This document shows, one piece after another, positions 1 to 15,000 of a stretch of 64,000 bases of DNA; positions within the stretch are counted from its first letter, which is position 1; each line of letters starts with the position of its first letter. Under the pieces are notes generated by a model. The model had not been told where the DNA came from. It worked only from the letters and a program-made list of their open reading frames with translations, and searched no databases. The translations under genes and the position numbers were made by a program. The stretch is from an uncultured Acidobacteriota bacterium. Lineage in GTDB: Bacteria > Acidobacteriota > Thermoanaerobaculia > Multivoradales > UBA5704. The stretch spans positions 2,008,712 through 2,072,711 of the forward strand of contig CAVYRF010000001.1 in NCBI GenBank assembly GCA_963770895.1. Reading direction: 5' to 3'.

Positions 1-3000
1 GGCGCCCGCGGGCTGCGGTTCGACGCGGAGGTAAGCCGGTCGCTTGCGGCGGTGGGCCGCGAGGTGGGGGCGACGCCGTTCATGACGCTGCTCGCGGTCT
101 ATGTGGCGCTGCTGCACCGGCTCAGCGGCACCGAGGACTTCTGGGTGGGGACCCCTGCCGCGGGGCGGCGGGACGCGGACCTGGACGGAGTCGTCGGCTA
201 CTTCGTCAACCCGGTCGCCGTGCATGCCAGGATCGGCGCCAGGCCGCGTTTCGAGGAGCTGCTGCGGCGCCAGCGCGCCGCGGCGCTGGCCGCCTTTGCC
301 CACCAGCGGCTGCCCTTCGCGCTGGCGGCGGCGGAAGTTGCGGGAGGGCACGACCCCAGCCGGTCGCCCGTCTTCCAGACGATGTTCGTGCTGTACCGCG
401 AGCGCGCCGGCGACCGGGGACTGGCCGCGCTGGCGATGGGCGAGGGCGATACGCCGCTCGACCTGGGCGGCGGCGTGGTGGTGCTGCGGCCGGCGCCGCT
501 CGAGCGGCGAGCGGCGCAGCTGGACCTCACGTTGCAAATGGCCGAGATCGACGGCTGCTATGCGGCATCGCTCGTCTATAGCGACGATCTGTTCGACGCC
601 GCGACCGCCGCGCGCATGCTGGGACAGCTGCGCAGCCTGGCGGAGGCGGTGGCCGCGCCGGGCGGCCGCACGGTGCGAGTGGCGGAGCTGCCGCTGCTGT
701 CGGCGGCCGAATCGCACCAGCTCATGGTCGAGTGGCAGGGCCAGGCCGGCGCCGAGCCGGCCGGCGACGGTCTGTGCCTGCACCAGCTGTTCGAGCGGCG
801 GGCGGCGCTGACGCCCGCCGCGGTGGCGCTGGTCTGCGAGGGCGCGGAGCTGACCTACGGCCAGCTGAGCCGCAGCGCCAACCGTCTGGCGCGGCACCTG
901 CGCCGCTTCGGGGTGGGGCCCGAGGTGCGGGTCGCGCTCTGCCTGGAGCGCGGTATCGACCTGGTCGTGGCGCTGCTCGCGGTGCTCAAGGCGGGCGGTG
1001 CCTACGTGCCGCTCGATCCTGGCTACCCTCGCGAGCGCCTGCGCTTCGTCGCCGCCGATGCCCTGGCGGACGTCGAACATCCGGTCCTGATCACCCGGCG
1101 ACAGCTTGCCGGCCTGTTCGCCCCCGCCGCCCCCGCCCCCGACGCTGCCGCACCCGGCGCTGCCGCACCCGGCGCCGCCGCACTCGATGCCGCTGCGTTC
1201 GACGCCGCGGCCCGGCGACCCTTCCGCCTGCTGCTGGTGGATGGAGACCGCCAGGCGATCGCCGCCGAAAGTGCCCAGGACCTGGCGGCCGGCGCGGCAC
1301 CCGCGGCTTTGGCCTACGTGATCTACACCTCGGGCTCGACGGGCCGGCCCAAGGGGGTGATGGTCAGCCATGCCAACGTGACTCGCCTGCTGCGCCAGAC
1401 CGAGCGGTGGTACGGCTTCGGCGCACGGGACGTCTGGCCGCTCTGCCATTCGGCGGCGTTCGACGTTTCGGTGTGGGAGATCTGGGGCGCCCTGCTCTAC
1501 GGCGGCCGCCTGGTGATCGTGCCGTATTGGGCCAGCCGCGCTCCCAACGCCCTGCATCGCCTGCTGGTGGAGCAGCGGGTGACGGTGCTCAACCAGACGC
1601 CGTCGGCATTCCGCCAGCTGATCGAAGCCGATGCCGCGGCGGACGCGGCGGCGCGGCGCGACCTGGCGCTGCGCTGGGTGATCTTTGCCGGCGAGGCGAT
1701 CGACCTGGCCTCGCTGCGGCCGTGGGTGGAGCGCCACGGCGAGGCGGCGCCGCGCCTGGCGAACATGTACGGCATCACCGAGACGACGGTCCATTCCACC
1801 TGGCGGGCGCTGACGGCGGCCGATCTGGACGATCCGGGGCGCAGTCCGATCGGCGTCGGCATCGCCGATCTGAGCCTCTACCTGCTGGACGCCGCGGCCC
1901 AACCGGTGCCGCTCGGCGTGCCCGGCGAGATCCACGTCGGGGGCGCGGGCGTGGCGCGCGGCTACCTGGCCCGCCCCGACCTGACCGCCGCGCGCTTCGT
2001 CCCCGACGCCTGGGCCGGCGCACCGGGCGGCGGGCGCCTCTACCGGTCGGGCGACCTGGCTCGCTGGCGGCCGGGGGGCGACCTTGAATACCTGGGCCGG
2101 ATGGATCACCAGGTCAAGATCCGCGGCTTCCGCGTCGAGCTGGGCGAGATCGAAGCCGCGCTGGCGGTGCAGCCGGGAGTGCGCGCCGCGGCGGTGACCC
2201 TGTGGTCGCCGCGCTCGGCCGGCCCCGCCGCCTCCGGCGTGAGCGGCGGCGCCGTCGCGGCCGGCGAAGACGCCCGCCTGGTGGCCTACGTGGTGATGGG
2301 CGAGGAGCGCGCCACCCAGGCCGACGGCGGCAGCGCTGCCAGGACGGCGACGGCGGTGTTGCCGCCCACGCCGGCGGGCCAGCTGCGGCAGGCCCTGGCT
2401 TCGCGCCTGCCGGAGCACATGGTGCCGGCCAGCTTCGTCTTCCTGGAGGCGTTCCCGGTGACGCCGAGCGGCAAGCTGGACCGCCGGGCGCTGCCGCCGC
2501 CGGCGTCGGACGGACGGATGGATGCGGCGGGCTGGGTGGCGCCGCGCACTGCCGCCGAAGAGCTGGTGGCGGACCTGTTCGCGGCGGTGCTGGCGGTCGG
2601 CCGGGTGGGCGCGCAGGACAGCTTCTTCGCCTTGGGCGGCCACTCCCTGCTGGCGACGCGCCTGGTGACGCGGGTGCGCGCGGTGTTCGGGGTGGATCTG
2701 GTGTTGCGCCAGGTCTTCGAGCACCCCACCGTGGCGGAGCTGGCGCGCCTGCTGACCGGCATGGCCCGCCTGGATCATCCGCGGGCGCCGCCGCTGCTGC
2801 CCGCGGCTCGCTCCGAATCGGCGCCGGGCGCGCCGGCGGTGGCCGGCCCGATCCCGCTGTCCTACGCGCAGGAACGGTTGTGGTTCCTGGACCGCCTGGT
2901 GCCGCGCGGGGCGGTGTACAACCTGCCGGGGGCGTTGCGCCTGCGCGGCCCGCTGGACGTGCCCGCCCTGGCCGCCAGTCTGCGCGCCATCGTGCGGCGG

Positions 3001-6000
3001 CACCAGGTGCTGCGCACGGTGTACCCGGCGGCGGCGGGGAATGCGCCGCGGCAGCAGGTGCTGGCCGATTTCACCCTGCCGATACCGCTGGTGGACCTGG
3101 CGGGCCTGGGCCTGGGAGGCGCCGACGACGGCAGCGATGCCCACGGGATGGGCGACGCGATCGGCGCTGCCGGCGCATCGGGCGGTACCGGCGACGGAGT
3201 GCCGGCCGCGCACCGCGTGCGCCAGGCCGCCGCCTGGCAGGTGGCTGTCTCCCTGGCGCGCGAGCCGTTCGACCTGGCGTGCGGGCCGCTGGTGCGCGTC
3301 CACCTGCTGCGCCTGGGCGCCGCGCATCACCTGCTGATCCTGACGCTGCATCACATCGTGGCGGACGGCTGGTCGGTCGGCATCTTCCTGCGCGAGTTGG
3401 CGGCGCTGTATGCAGCCTGCGTGGCGCCCGCGCGCCCGGCTTTGCCGGCGCTCGCGCCGCTGCCCATCGCCTACGCCGACTTTGCGCGCTGGCAGCGCGC
3501 CTGGATGGAGGGCGAGCGGCTGGCGGCGGAGCTGGCGCACTGGCGGCGGGTCCTGGCCGGGGCGCCGCCGCGCACCGAGCTGCCGGCGGACCGCCCGCGC
3601 CCGCCCGCGCCCAGCTATCGCGGCGGGCGCACGCACGTGCTGCTGCCGCCGGCGGCGCTGCGCGACCTGCGCGGCGTCGCGCGGCAGCAGGGTGCGACGC
3701 TCTTCATGGCGCTGCTGGCGGCGTTCGACGCCCTGATCGCCCGCCATGGCGGCCGCGAAGACCTGGTGGTGGGGACGCCGGTCGCCAACCGCGAGCGCAT
3801 CGAGACCGAGGGCTTGATCGGCTGCTTCGTCAACTCGCTGCCGCTGCGGGTCTCGCTCGCCGGCCGGCCGCACGCGGGCGAGCTGGTTGCCCGCGTGCGC
3901 CAGGCCAGCCTGGATGCGTTCGCGCACCAGGACCTGCCGTTCGAAAAGCTGGTCGAGTCGCTGTCGCCGGAGCGCGACCTGACGGCGCCGCCGGTGTTCC
4001 AGCTGATGCTGGTGGTGCAGAACGCCGGCGACCCGCACGACCCGCACGGTGGAGACGGCGGCCTGCGGCTGGAGCTGTGCGCGATCGACACCGCCACCGC
4101 CAAGTTCGACCTGCTGGTCGAAGCGGTGGAGGCGGCGGATGGCTTGCGCCTGGGCTTCGAGTTCAGCCGCGACCTGTTCGACGCGGTGACCGTCAAGCGC
4201 TTCGCGGCGCACTTTGTCACCCTCGCCGCGGCGCTCGGCGGCGAGCCGCCGCTGCCGATCGGCGAGCTGCCGCTGCTGACCGCCGGCGAGCGTCAGCAGC
4301 TGCGCGAGTGGAACGACACTGCCGCCGCCCCTCCGCGCCATCTCTGTCTGCACCAGCTGATCGAGCAGCAGGCCCGCCGCACGCCGGCGGCGGTCGCGGT
4401 GGTGGATGGGGAGGGCGGCAGCCTGACCTATGCGGCGCTCGACGCCGCCGCCAACCGCCTGGCGCGCCGCCTGCGGCACCTGGGCGCCGGCGCGGAGACG
4501 GTGGTCGCCGTCTGCGCCGAGCGATCGGTCGCCCTGGTGGTCGGGCTGCTCGCCATCCTCAAGGCGGGCGCCGCCTACCTGCCGCTCGATCCCGACTACC
4601 CGGCCGAACGCCTGCGCTTCATGCGCCAGGACGCGGGCGCCCCGCTGCTGCTCACCGAGCGCCGGGTCGCGGCGCGCCTGGGCGAGCCGCTGCCGCCGCC
4701 GGCGGCGGCGTCGGCGTCGGCGTCGGCGGGCACGGTGTGGCTGGACGACCTGGATAGCGACAGCGAACCGTGGGCGCCAGGCAAGGACCAGGCGGGACGG
4801 CCCGACGGCGGCCTGGGCGCGACCGCCGCCGCGGACAACCTGGCGTACGTGATCTATACGTCGGGTTCGACCGGCCGGCCCAAGGGCACGATGAATAGCC
4901 ACCGTGGCATCGTCAACCGCCTGCTGTGGATGCAGCAGCGCTACCGCCTGGCGGCCGACGACCGCGTGCTGCAGAAGACGCCGCTCAGCTTCGACGTCTC
5001 GGTGTGGGAGCTGTTCTGGCCGCTGCTCGCCGGCGCGCGGCTGGTCATGGCGCGCCCAGGCGGGCACCGCGATCCCGCGTACCTGCTCGCAGCCATCGCA
5101 GACCAGGCGATCACCACGGTGCACTTCGTGCCGGCGATGCTCGCCGCCTTTCTTGCCGCCGCCTCCGACGCGGTGGCGACGCCCGCCGGCCGCCGGCCCG
5201 ACCTTTCGTCGTTGCGGCGCGTCCTGGCGAGCGGCGAGGCGCTGCCGTACGAGCTGCAGCAGGAGCACGCGGCACGCATCGCCGCGCCGCTGCACAACCT
5301 CTACGGGCCGACCGAAGCGGCGGTGGACGTGACCAGCTGGCAGACGGACCCGGCCGGCGCCCGCCGCCTGGTGCCGATCGGCCGGCCGGTCGCCAACACC
5401 TCGATCCACCTGCTCGATCGCGACGGGCGGCAGGTGCCGGTCGGCGCGGCAGGGGAGCTGCACATCGGCGGCGTGCAGGTCGGCCGCGGCTACCTGGGCC
5501 GCCCCGACCTGACCGCGGAGCGCTTCGTGCCCGCCGCCGTGCCAGCTGTGGCCGGCGATCCGCACGGAGCGCGCCTCTATCGGACGGGCGACCTGGCGCG
5601 CCACCTGGCCGACGGCGCGATCGACTACCTGGGGCGCCTGGACGGCCAGGTGAAGATCCGCGGCCTGCGCGTCGAGCTGGGCGAGATCGAAGCGGCGCTC
5701 GCCGCCCATCCGGCGGTGCGCGCCGCCGCCGTGGCGCTGCGCCCGCTGGCCGCCGCCGCGGGCGCGCCGGTCGCCCTGGTGGGCTACCTGGTCGCCGCCG
5801 CCTCTCCGGCCGCCGCCGACCGTTCTGCCGCGGCTCCAGCCCCTGCCGCCGCGCAAGCGGTTGCGGCGCCGGCGGAGGCCGCCGCCCTGCGGCAGTTCCT
5901 GGCGGCGCGGCTGCCGCGCCACATGCTGCCGGCGGCCCTGGTCTGGCTCCCCCAGCTGCCGCTTTCGCCCAGCGGCAAGGTGGACCGGGGCGCTCTGCCG

Positions 6001-9000
6001 CCGCCGCACCTGGCTGGCGGACGGGACGCCGCGGCGGCGGCGGCGCGGCTGCCGGAGTCGCCGAGCGAGCAGCTGGTGGCGGCCTGTTTTGGCGAGCTGC
6101 TGGGGGTCGAGCCGATCGGCCTGGACGACGACTTCTTCGCCCGCGGCGGGCACTCCCTGCTGGCGACGCGGCTGGTGTCGCGCCTGCGCCAGCTGCTGGG
6201 CGTCGAAGTGCCGCTGCGCGAGGTCTTCGAAGGCCCGACCGTCGCCGCGCTGGCCCATCGCATCGACAGGCTGCTGGCGGGCGGCGACGCCGCGGCAGCT
6301 GCGCCGCCCATCCGCCCGGCGCCGCGCGACCTGCCGCTGCCGCTCTCCTTTGCGCAGCAGCGCCTGTGGTTCCTCGATCAGCTGCAACCCGGCAGCCCGC
6401 TGTACAACCTGCCGCTGGCGCTCGGCCTGGACGGGGAGCTGGCGATCGCCGGCCTGCGCGCCGCCCTGGCCGCGCTCGTCGCTCGCCAGGAAGCGCTGCG
6501 CACGGTGTTTGCGGTTCCGGCCGGCGGCGGCGATCCGTTCCAGCGGATCCTGCCCGCCGCGCCCCAGCCGCTGCCGCTGGTCGATCTCACCGGCCTGCCG
6601 GCGGCGCGGCGCGAGCCGCTGGCCCGCGAGCTTGCCGCGGCGACGGCGCTGCTGCCCTTCGACCTGGCGCGCGGACCTCTGGCGCGCGCCCGCCTGGTCC
6701 GCCTGGCGGAGCAGCGCCACGTGCTGCTCCTCGCCCTGCACCACATCGTCGGCGACGGCTGGTCGCTGGCGTTGATCGTCGACGAGATCGCCGCGCATTA
6801 CACCGCCGCCGTCGCCGCCGTCGCCGCCGTCGCCGGCGTCGCCGACGTGGCCCGCCCCCTGCCCGCCTTGCCGGTGCAGTACGGCGACTTCGCGGTCTGG
6901 CAGCGCCGCTGGCTGCAGGGCGACGTGCTGCAGCACCAGCTGGACTATTGGCGCCGCCACCTTGCCGGCGCGCCGGCGCAGCTGGACCTGCCCCTGGATC
7001 GCCCGCGCCCGCCGGTGCAGAGCGGCCGCGGCGGCACCCGGCGCGCCGCCTTCGACGCCCGCCTGACCGAGGCGCTGCGGTGCCGGTCGCGCGCCGGCGG
7101 CGGCACGCTGTTCATGACCCTGCTGGCCGCCTTCCAGCTGCTCCTGGCGCGCCACGCCGGCCAGGACGACGTGGTGGTCGGCACCCCGATCGCCAACCGC
7201 ACCCGCGGCGAGATCGAAGGCGTCGTCGGCATGTTCGTCAACACCCTGGCGCTGCGCACCCGGATCGCGCCCGAAGCCGGCTTCGGTCACCTCCTGGCGA
7301 GCGTCCGCGAGGTCACGCTGGGGGCCTTCGCGCGCCAGGACCTGCCGTTCGAAAGGTTGGTCGAGGAGCTGCGGCCGGAGCGCGCGCGGTCGCATTCGCC
7401 GCTGTTTCAGGTGATGTTCGCGCTGCAGGCCCCGACCGCGGCGCCGCCGCCCGCGGCGGGCGTCGCCTTGTCGCTCTTTGCCGAGCCGGGGACGGGGTCC
7501 AAGTTCGACCTGACGCTGTCCCTGCGCGAGGTTGAAGCCGGCCTGACCGGCTGCCTGGAGCACCGCCGCGACCTGTTCGACCCGGCCACAGCCGAGCGCC
7601 TGCTGGCGGCGTTCGGCAGCCTGCTCACGGCGGTGGCGCACGACGCCGGGAAGCCGCTGTTCGACCTGCCGCTGCTGGCCGACGCGCAGCGCCACCAGCT
7701 GGTCGCGGAGTGGGGCGCCGGCGCCGTCACGCCGCCGCCCGCCGCCGCCAGCCTGCACCACCGGTTCACCGACCAGGCGCGCCGCACGCCGCAGGCGGTG
7801 GCGGTGGTCCACGGCGGCGAGCACCTCACCTTCGGCGAGCTCGATCGCAGCGCCGACCGCCTGGCCCGGGAGCTGCGCCGCCTGGGCGTCGGCGCCGGCG
7901 CCATCGCCGGCATCTGCGCCCAACGGTCGCCGGCGATGATCGTCGCGCTGCTCGCGGTCCTCAAGGCCGGCGGCGCCTATCTGCCGCTCGATCCGGGGTA
8001 CCCGCCCGAGCGCCTGGCCTTCATGGCCGCCGACGCCGGCATCGCGGTGCTGCTGCACGACGCCGCCGCGGCGCCCGGCGGGCGCCTGGGCGGCCTCGCC
8101 CCTGGGGCCGCGCGGTTCGATCTCGCGGGTCTCCCCGAGCTTCGGCAGCTCCAGGATCTCCGGGGCCTCCCGCAACCCGACGCGCCGGCGCCGGCGGACG
8201 ACGACGGCGGCGGCGCGGCGAGCGCCGCCTACGTCATCTACACCTCGGGCTCGACCGGCACGCCCAAGGGCGTGGTGGTGTCGCACGGCGCGATCTGCAA
8301 CCACATGGCGTGGACCCTGCGCATCCTGGCGCCGGATGCGCGGGACGCCGTGCTGCAGCGCACCACCGCCAGCTTTGACGCCTCGGTGTGGGAGATCTTC
8401 CTGCCGCTGTGGAGCGGCGCGCGGCTGGTGCTCCTCGACGCTGCCGCGCAGGGCGACGCCGACCGCATGCTGCAAGCGATCGCCGTCCACGGCGTCACCA
8501 TCCTGCAGACCGTGCCGTCGCTGCTCGCCCTGCTCTGCGACCGGCCGCGCCTCCAGGAGCACTGCCGGTCGCTGCGCCGGGTGATCTGCGGCGGCGAAAC
8601 GCTCACCACAGACATCGCCAGCCGCTTCGAGCGCCAGCTGGGCGCGCCGCACGGCCCCCGGCTGCTCAACTTCTACGGCCCGACCGAGGCGGCGGTCGAC
8701 GCCTCCTGGTGGCCCTGCCAGCCCGGCGACGCGAGCGAGCGCGGCATGCCCATCGGACGGCCGATCGACAACCTCGACGTCGCGGTGCTCGACGCCACCG
8801 GGCGGATGGCGCCGATCGGCGCCATCGGCGAGCTGCACCTGGGCGGCGCCGGCCTGGCGCGCGGCTACCTGGCGCGCCCCGAGCTCACCGCGGCGCGCTT
8901 CGTCCCCGATCCGCGCCAGCGCCGCGCCGGCGGCCGCCTCTATCGTACCGGCGACCTGGCCCGCTTCCGCGCCGGCGGCCAGCTGGAGTATTGCGGCCGC

Positions 9001-12000
9001 ACCGATCACCAGGTGAAGGTGCGCGGCTTCCGCATCGAAACGGGTGAGATCGAGGCGGCCCTGCTGGCGCTGCCGGGCGTCGAGCAGGCGGCGGTGGCGG
9101 TCGTCGCGGCGGCGACGGGCGATCGCCGCCTGGTCGCCTACGTCGCGGCGCCGCCGGACGCCGCGCCGCCGGACCCCGCGGCGTTGCGCGCCGAGCTGCG
9201 CCGCCGGCTGCCCGAGTTCATGGTGCCGGCGGCCTGGGTCACCCTGCCGCGGCTGCCGCGCACCGCACAAGGCAAGCTCGACCGCCAGGCCCTGGCGCGG
9301 ATCGCGCCGCGGCCGGGCGCGGTGCTGTCGGGATCGCCAGCGTCGGGAGAGCCGCTGGAGCCGTGGGCGCCGGGCGGCGCGCTGCCGCGCAGCCCCGGCG
9401 AGGAGCTGATCGCCGGCGTGTGGCAGGAGGTGCTGAGCCTGGGCGACGCGCGTCCCGGCCCCGGCGACAACTTCTTCGAGCTGGGCGGCCACTCGCTGCT
9501 CGCCACGCAGGTGGTGTCGCGGCTCGCCGCGATGCTGCACGTCGACCTGCCGGTGGCGACGGTGTTCGAGTCGCCGACCCTGGCGGCCTTCGCCGCGGCG
9601 GTCGAAACGGCGCGCGGCGCGCGGCCGCGGCCGGCGATCCCGCGCGCGCCGCGCCGGGCGCCGCTGCCGCTCTCCTACGCGCAGGAGCGGCTGTGGTTCC
9701 TCGACCGCTTGCAGCCGGGCCAGGCCACCTACAACATGCCGGTCGCCTTCGCCGCCCGCGGCCACCTGGCGCCCGCCATCCTGGATGCCGCGCTGGGAGA
9801 GGTGCTGCGGCGCCACGAAGCGCTGCGCACCCGCTTCGTCGAGTTGGGCGACCGGCCCATGCAGCACTTCGACCCACCGCGGCCGCCGCGCCTGCCGCTG
9901 GTCGACCTGGCCGCGCTGCCCGGCGGGCGGCGGGCCGCCGAGGGCTTGCGCATCGCCCGCGCCGAGGCCGGCCGCCCCTTCGACCTGGCCGCCGGACCGC
10001 TGCTTCGCGGCCTGCTGGTGCGCCGCGGCGGCCCGGCGGAGCCCGCCGCCGCGGAGCACGTGGTGCTGCTCAACGTGCACCACATCGTCTCCGACGGCTG
10101 GTCGATGGGGGTGCTGGTGGCGGAGATCGGCGCCCTCTACCGGGCGGCGATCGCCGGCGCGCCCAGCCCGCTGCCGGAGCTGCCGGTGCAGTACGCCGAC
10201 TTCGCGGTCTGGCAACGCGGCTGGCTGGACGAGGCGGAGCTGGGCCGCCAGCTGGCCTGGTGGCGCCAGCGCCTGACCGGCGCGCCGGCGGCGGTCGAGC
10301 TGCCCACCGACCGCCCGCGGCCGATGGCGCAGAGCGGCCGCGGCGGCCTGGCGCGGCTGCACCTGGGAGCGGCGGCGACGGCGGCGCTGGCGGCGGCCGG
10401 GCGCCGGCGCGGCGTCACCCTCTTCATGGCGCTCTTCGCCGGCTGCGCCGCCCTGCTGGCCCGCCTGGGCCGGCAGGAAGACCTGGTGGTGGGGACGCCG
10501 ATCGCCAACCGCCACCACCTCGAAACCGAGCGCATGATCGGCTTCTTCGTCAACAGCCTGGCGCTGCGCTGCAACCTGGGCGGCGACCCGACGACCGCAG
10601 AGCTGTTCGGGCGCGTGCGGGAGACGGCGCTGGCCGCCTACGCGCACCAGGACCTGCCGTTCGAACGCCTGGTGGCGGAGCTGCGGCCCGAGCGGCTGCT
10701 CAGCCAGAACCCGATCTTCCAGGTGATGTGCGCCCTGCAGAACGCCCCCCTGGGGGCGCTCGACCTGCCCGGTCTGGACCTGGCGCCGCTGGCGCTCTCG
10801 GCCCCCACCGCCAAGTTCGATCTGGCGCTGTCGTGGAGCGAGCAGCCGGACGCCGGCGGGGCGCTGGCGTGCGAGCTGCGCTATGCCGCCGACCTGTTCG
10901 ACGCGCCGACCGCGGCCCGCCTGCTGGGTCACCTGCGCGAGCTGCTGGCCGGGCTCGCCGCGCAACCCGGCCGGCGCGTCGCGGAGCTGCCGCTGCTGGG
11001 CGCCGCCGAGCGCCATCAGGTGCTGTGCGAATGGAACGCCTCGACCTGGCAGACCGGCGGCGGCGACCCGACGCTGTTGCAGCTGGTGCATGCGCCGTTC
11101 GAGCGTCAGGCGGCGCGGGAGCCGGCGGCCGAAGCGGTGGTGGACGGCGACAGGACGGTTTCCTACGGCGAGCTGGCGGCGCTGGCGCGGCGCGCGGCGG
11201 CGCGCCTGCGCGCCGCGGGAGTGGGGCCGGACCGGCCGGTGGCGCTGTGCGCCTGGCCCTCGATCGAGCTGGTGGCGGCGCTCTTCGGCATCCTGCGGGC
11301 GGGCGGCGCCTACCTGCCGCTCGACCCGGCCCACCCGCGCGAGCGGCTGGCGCAGGTGCTCGCCGACTCGGGAGCGGCGGTGGTGGTGGCGGAACCGGCC
11401 ACCATCGACCGCCTGCCGCCGGCGGTGCGGCCCATGCTGCTGGCGCAGCTCGTCGCCGATCCCGACCCGGCGGACGGCTCGGCACCGGCGCCGGCACCGG
11501 GCTCACCTCCGGCGCCGGCGTTGCCGGCGGCGCTGGAGGACGTCCAGCCGGACCATGCCGCCTACGTGCTCTACACCTCGGGCTCGACCGGCATGCCCAA
11601 GGGCGTCGTCGTGTCCCACCGCGCGGTGTGCAACCGCCTGCGCTTCCAGGTGGAGGCGGACCTGGCGCCGGGCGCCCGCGTGCTGCAGCGGACGCGCCTG
11701 GGCTTCGACGTGTCGGTGATCGAGCTGTTCGCGCCGCTGTGGGCCGGAGCGGTGCTGGTGGTGGCGCCGCCGGCGCAGGCGCAGGACGCCGCCAGCCTGG
11801 CGCGCCTGGTCGTGGCGCAGCGCATCACCAACCTGACGGCGCCGCCGGGGCTCTTTCCGGCGCTCCTGGCGGAACCGGCGTTCTGCCGCTCCGGCTCGTT
11901 GCGCCGCCTGGTGACGGGCGGCGACAGGGTGCCTGCCGACCTGGCGCGGCGCCTTGCCGACGCCTTCGACGCGGCGCCGGTGCCGCCGCAGCTGTGGTCG

Positions 12001-15000
12001 CGCTACGGCCCGACCGAAGCCACCGTCTCGGTGAGCGAATGGGACTGCCGCCTGCCGGCCTCCGGCCCCACGGTGCCGCTCGGCCGGCCGCTCGCCGGCG
12101 CCCGCCTGTACGTGGTGGACCGCGCCCTCCAGCCGGTGCCGCCGGGAGTGCCGGGCGAGCTGTGCATCGCCGGCGTCTGCCTGGCGCGCGGCTATCACGG
12201 CCGCCCGGACCTCACCGCGGCGGCGTTCGTGCCCGACCCGCACGGCGCCGGCCCGAGGGCAGGCGGCAGGCTCTATCGCACCGGCGACCTGGTGCGCCGG
12301 CGCTCCGACGGGGTGGTGGAGTTCCTGGGCCGCCTCGACTGGCAGGTCAAGGTGCGCGGCTTCCGCATCGAAACCGGAGAGATCGAAAGCGTGCTCGCCG
12401 GCCATCCGGCGGTGCGCCAGGTGGTCGTGGTCGCCGTGGCGGAGGGCGGCGCCGCCGCCGACGCGGACGGGGCGCAGCAGCAGCTGGTCGCCTACGTCGT
12501 GCCTCGCGCTCAGGATGCCGGCGCTGGGGGGGAGCGCACGTTGCCATCCGCCGTCGCCGCCGTCACCGCCGTCACCGCGGACGAGCACGTCGCCGCCTGG
12601 AACGCGCTCTACGAAGAGGTGCATCCGCACCAGGAGACGGGCGATCCCGCGCTCGACTTCGCGGGCTGGAACAGCAGCTACGACGGCGCCCCCATCCCGG
12701 TCGCGGAGATGCGGGAGTGGGCCGACGCCGCGGCCCGGCTGGTGCTGTCGCTGGCGCCGCGGCGGCCCAGGGTGGTGGAGGTGGGCTGCGGCGCCGGCCT
12801 GCTGCTGCTGCGCGTGGCGCCGCACTGCGCCAGCTACCAGGGGGTCGACTTCTCGCGCTCGACGCTCGCCGTCCTGGCGGGCCGCCTGGCGCGGCCGGGC
12901 CACGAGCTGCCGCAGGTGACCCTGACCCACGCGCCGGCCGACCGCTGGCAGCCGCACGCGGAGGCGGGCGGCGGCGCTCGCCATGCGGACCTGGTGATCC
13001 TCAACTCGGTCGTGCAGTACTTCCCGAGCGTCGACTACCTGCTCCAGGTGCTCCGCCATGCCGCCGCCGTCGTCGTGCCGGGCGGCAGGATCTTCCTGGG
13101 CGACGTGCGCAGCCTCGACCTGGCCGAAGCGCTCTACACCTCGATCGAGCTCGCCGCGGCGCCCGACGACCTGGCGGTGGAGGAGCTGCGCCGGCGCGTT
13201 CTGGCGCGGCGCGACGACGACGAGGAGCTGCTGCTGGCGCCGCGCTTCTGGCACGCCCTGCGCCGCCACCTGCCGGCCGTGTCGCACGTCGATCTGCGGG
13301 TCAAGCGGGGGCGCGCGATCAACGAGCTGAGCGGCTACCGCTACGATGTGGTGCTGACGCTGGGGGGCCAGGTCGCCGCTGCTGGGCTGCCCCCCGAGCT
13401 CCTGGTGTTCGATGCCACCGCCGCGGCGTTCAACCTGGAGGTGGTCGGCGAACGCCTGGCCGCCGCCGCAGGTGCGCCCGCGGCCGACGCCGCGACGGCC
13501 GTGGTCGAGATCCAGGGCCTCCTCGACCGGCGCCTGGCGGCCGAGGCCGCGGCCATCGCCCTGCTGGCCCAGCCCGAGTCGGAACCGTGGACCGTGGGCG
13601 AGCTGCGCCGGGCGCTCGCGGCGCGGCTGGCGCGCGAACCGGGCGTGTCCGGCGAAGACGTCTGGCAGCTGGGCGCCAGCCTGGGCTACCAGGTCGAGCT
13701 GCTGGCGGGCGGCGCCGACAGCGCGGGAGGCTTCCGCTTCACGGCGCGGCTGCGGCGTCCGGGTCAGGCCGCTGCCGCGGCGGCGCCGCCCGCCATCGCG
13801 GCGAGCGCCGCCATCGCCGCGAGCGGCACCAGCGCCGCCAGCGGTGTGAGCGGCGCCACCGCCGCGGTGGAGCAGGAGCCGGGCGCCCTGGCCGCCCTGG
13901 CCAGCAATCCGCTGCGCGGCAGGCTCAACCGCGAGCTGGCGGCCGAGCTGCGGCGCCGCGTTGCGGCGCAGCTGCCGGACTACATGGTGCCCGCCGCCTT
14001 CGTGATGTTGGAGCGGCTGCCGATGACGGCGCACGGCAAGCTCGATCGCGCCGCCCTGCCGGCCCCCAAAGCGACGCGCCAGGCGGTGTCGCAGCGCTAC
14101 AGCGAGCCGCGCACGCCGCTCGAAAAGAGCCTGGCGGAGCTGTGGGGGGAGCTGCTGGGACGCGAACGGATCGGTCGGGAGGACAGCTTCTTCGAGCTCG
14201 GCGGCCACTCGCTGCTGGCCGTCCGCCTGATGGCACGGCTGCGCCAGCGCTTCGGCCGCGAGCTGCCGGTCGCGGCCCTCTTCCGCGCCGATACGGTCGA
14301 GCGCCTGGCGGCGCTGCTGTCCAGCGGGCGCGGCGCCGCCGTCACCAGGGCGCTGGTCGAGCTGACGCCGCCGCCCGCGGCCGGCCCCGCCGGCCCCGGC
14401 AGCGCCGGCCGGGTGCCGCCGCGGCCCTTGTTTTGCGTCCACCCGGCCGGTGGCAACGTCCTGTGCTACACCGCGCTGGCGCGCGCGCTCGGATCGCGCC
14501 AGCCGCTCTACGGTTTGCAGCTGCCGGACGCCGAAACGCTCGGGCCCGACCCCACGATCGAGGCCCTGGCAGCGCGCTACGTGACGGAGCTGACCGCGGT
14601 CGCTCCCGCCGGCCCCTACGCCCTGGGCGGCTGGTCGCTCGGCGGGGTGATCGCCTACGAGATGGCGCGGCAGCTGCGCGCGGCCGGCGCCCAGGTGGAT
14701 CTGCTCGCCCTCATCGACCCGTCGCCCGTGCGGCGCAACGGCGCCGCCCCCGCCCAGGCCGAGGATTCGCGCCTGCTGGCCGACTTCGGCTACGACCTGG
14801 TGGCGCTCGCCGGCAACGGCAGCGCGGTGCCGGCCGCAACCCTGCAGCGGCTCGACCGCGAGCTGACGCTGCCGCGGCTGGTGGCGGCCGCCCACGCCGC
14901 CGGTCTCCTGCCGCCCGAGCTGGAGGTGCCTGAAGTGGAGCGTCTGTTCGCTCTCTATCGCACCACCCGTCGGGCGCTGGACCGCTACCGGCCGCGGCCC

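Noticed and set aside
52-54. GTG at 52 as the NRPS start codon
   Set aside because: The frame is open from nt 1 and the sequence there is the middle of a condensation domain. The gene starts upstream of the window.
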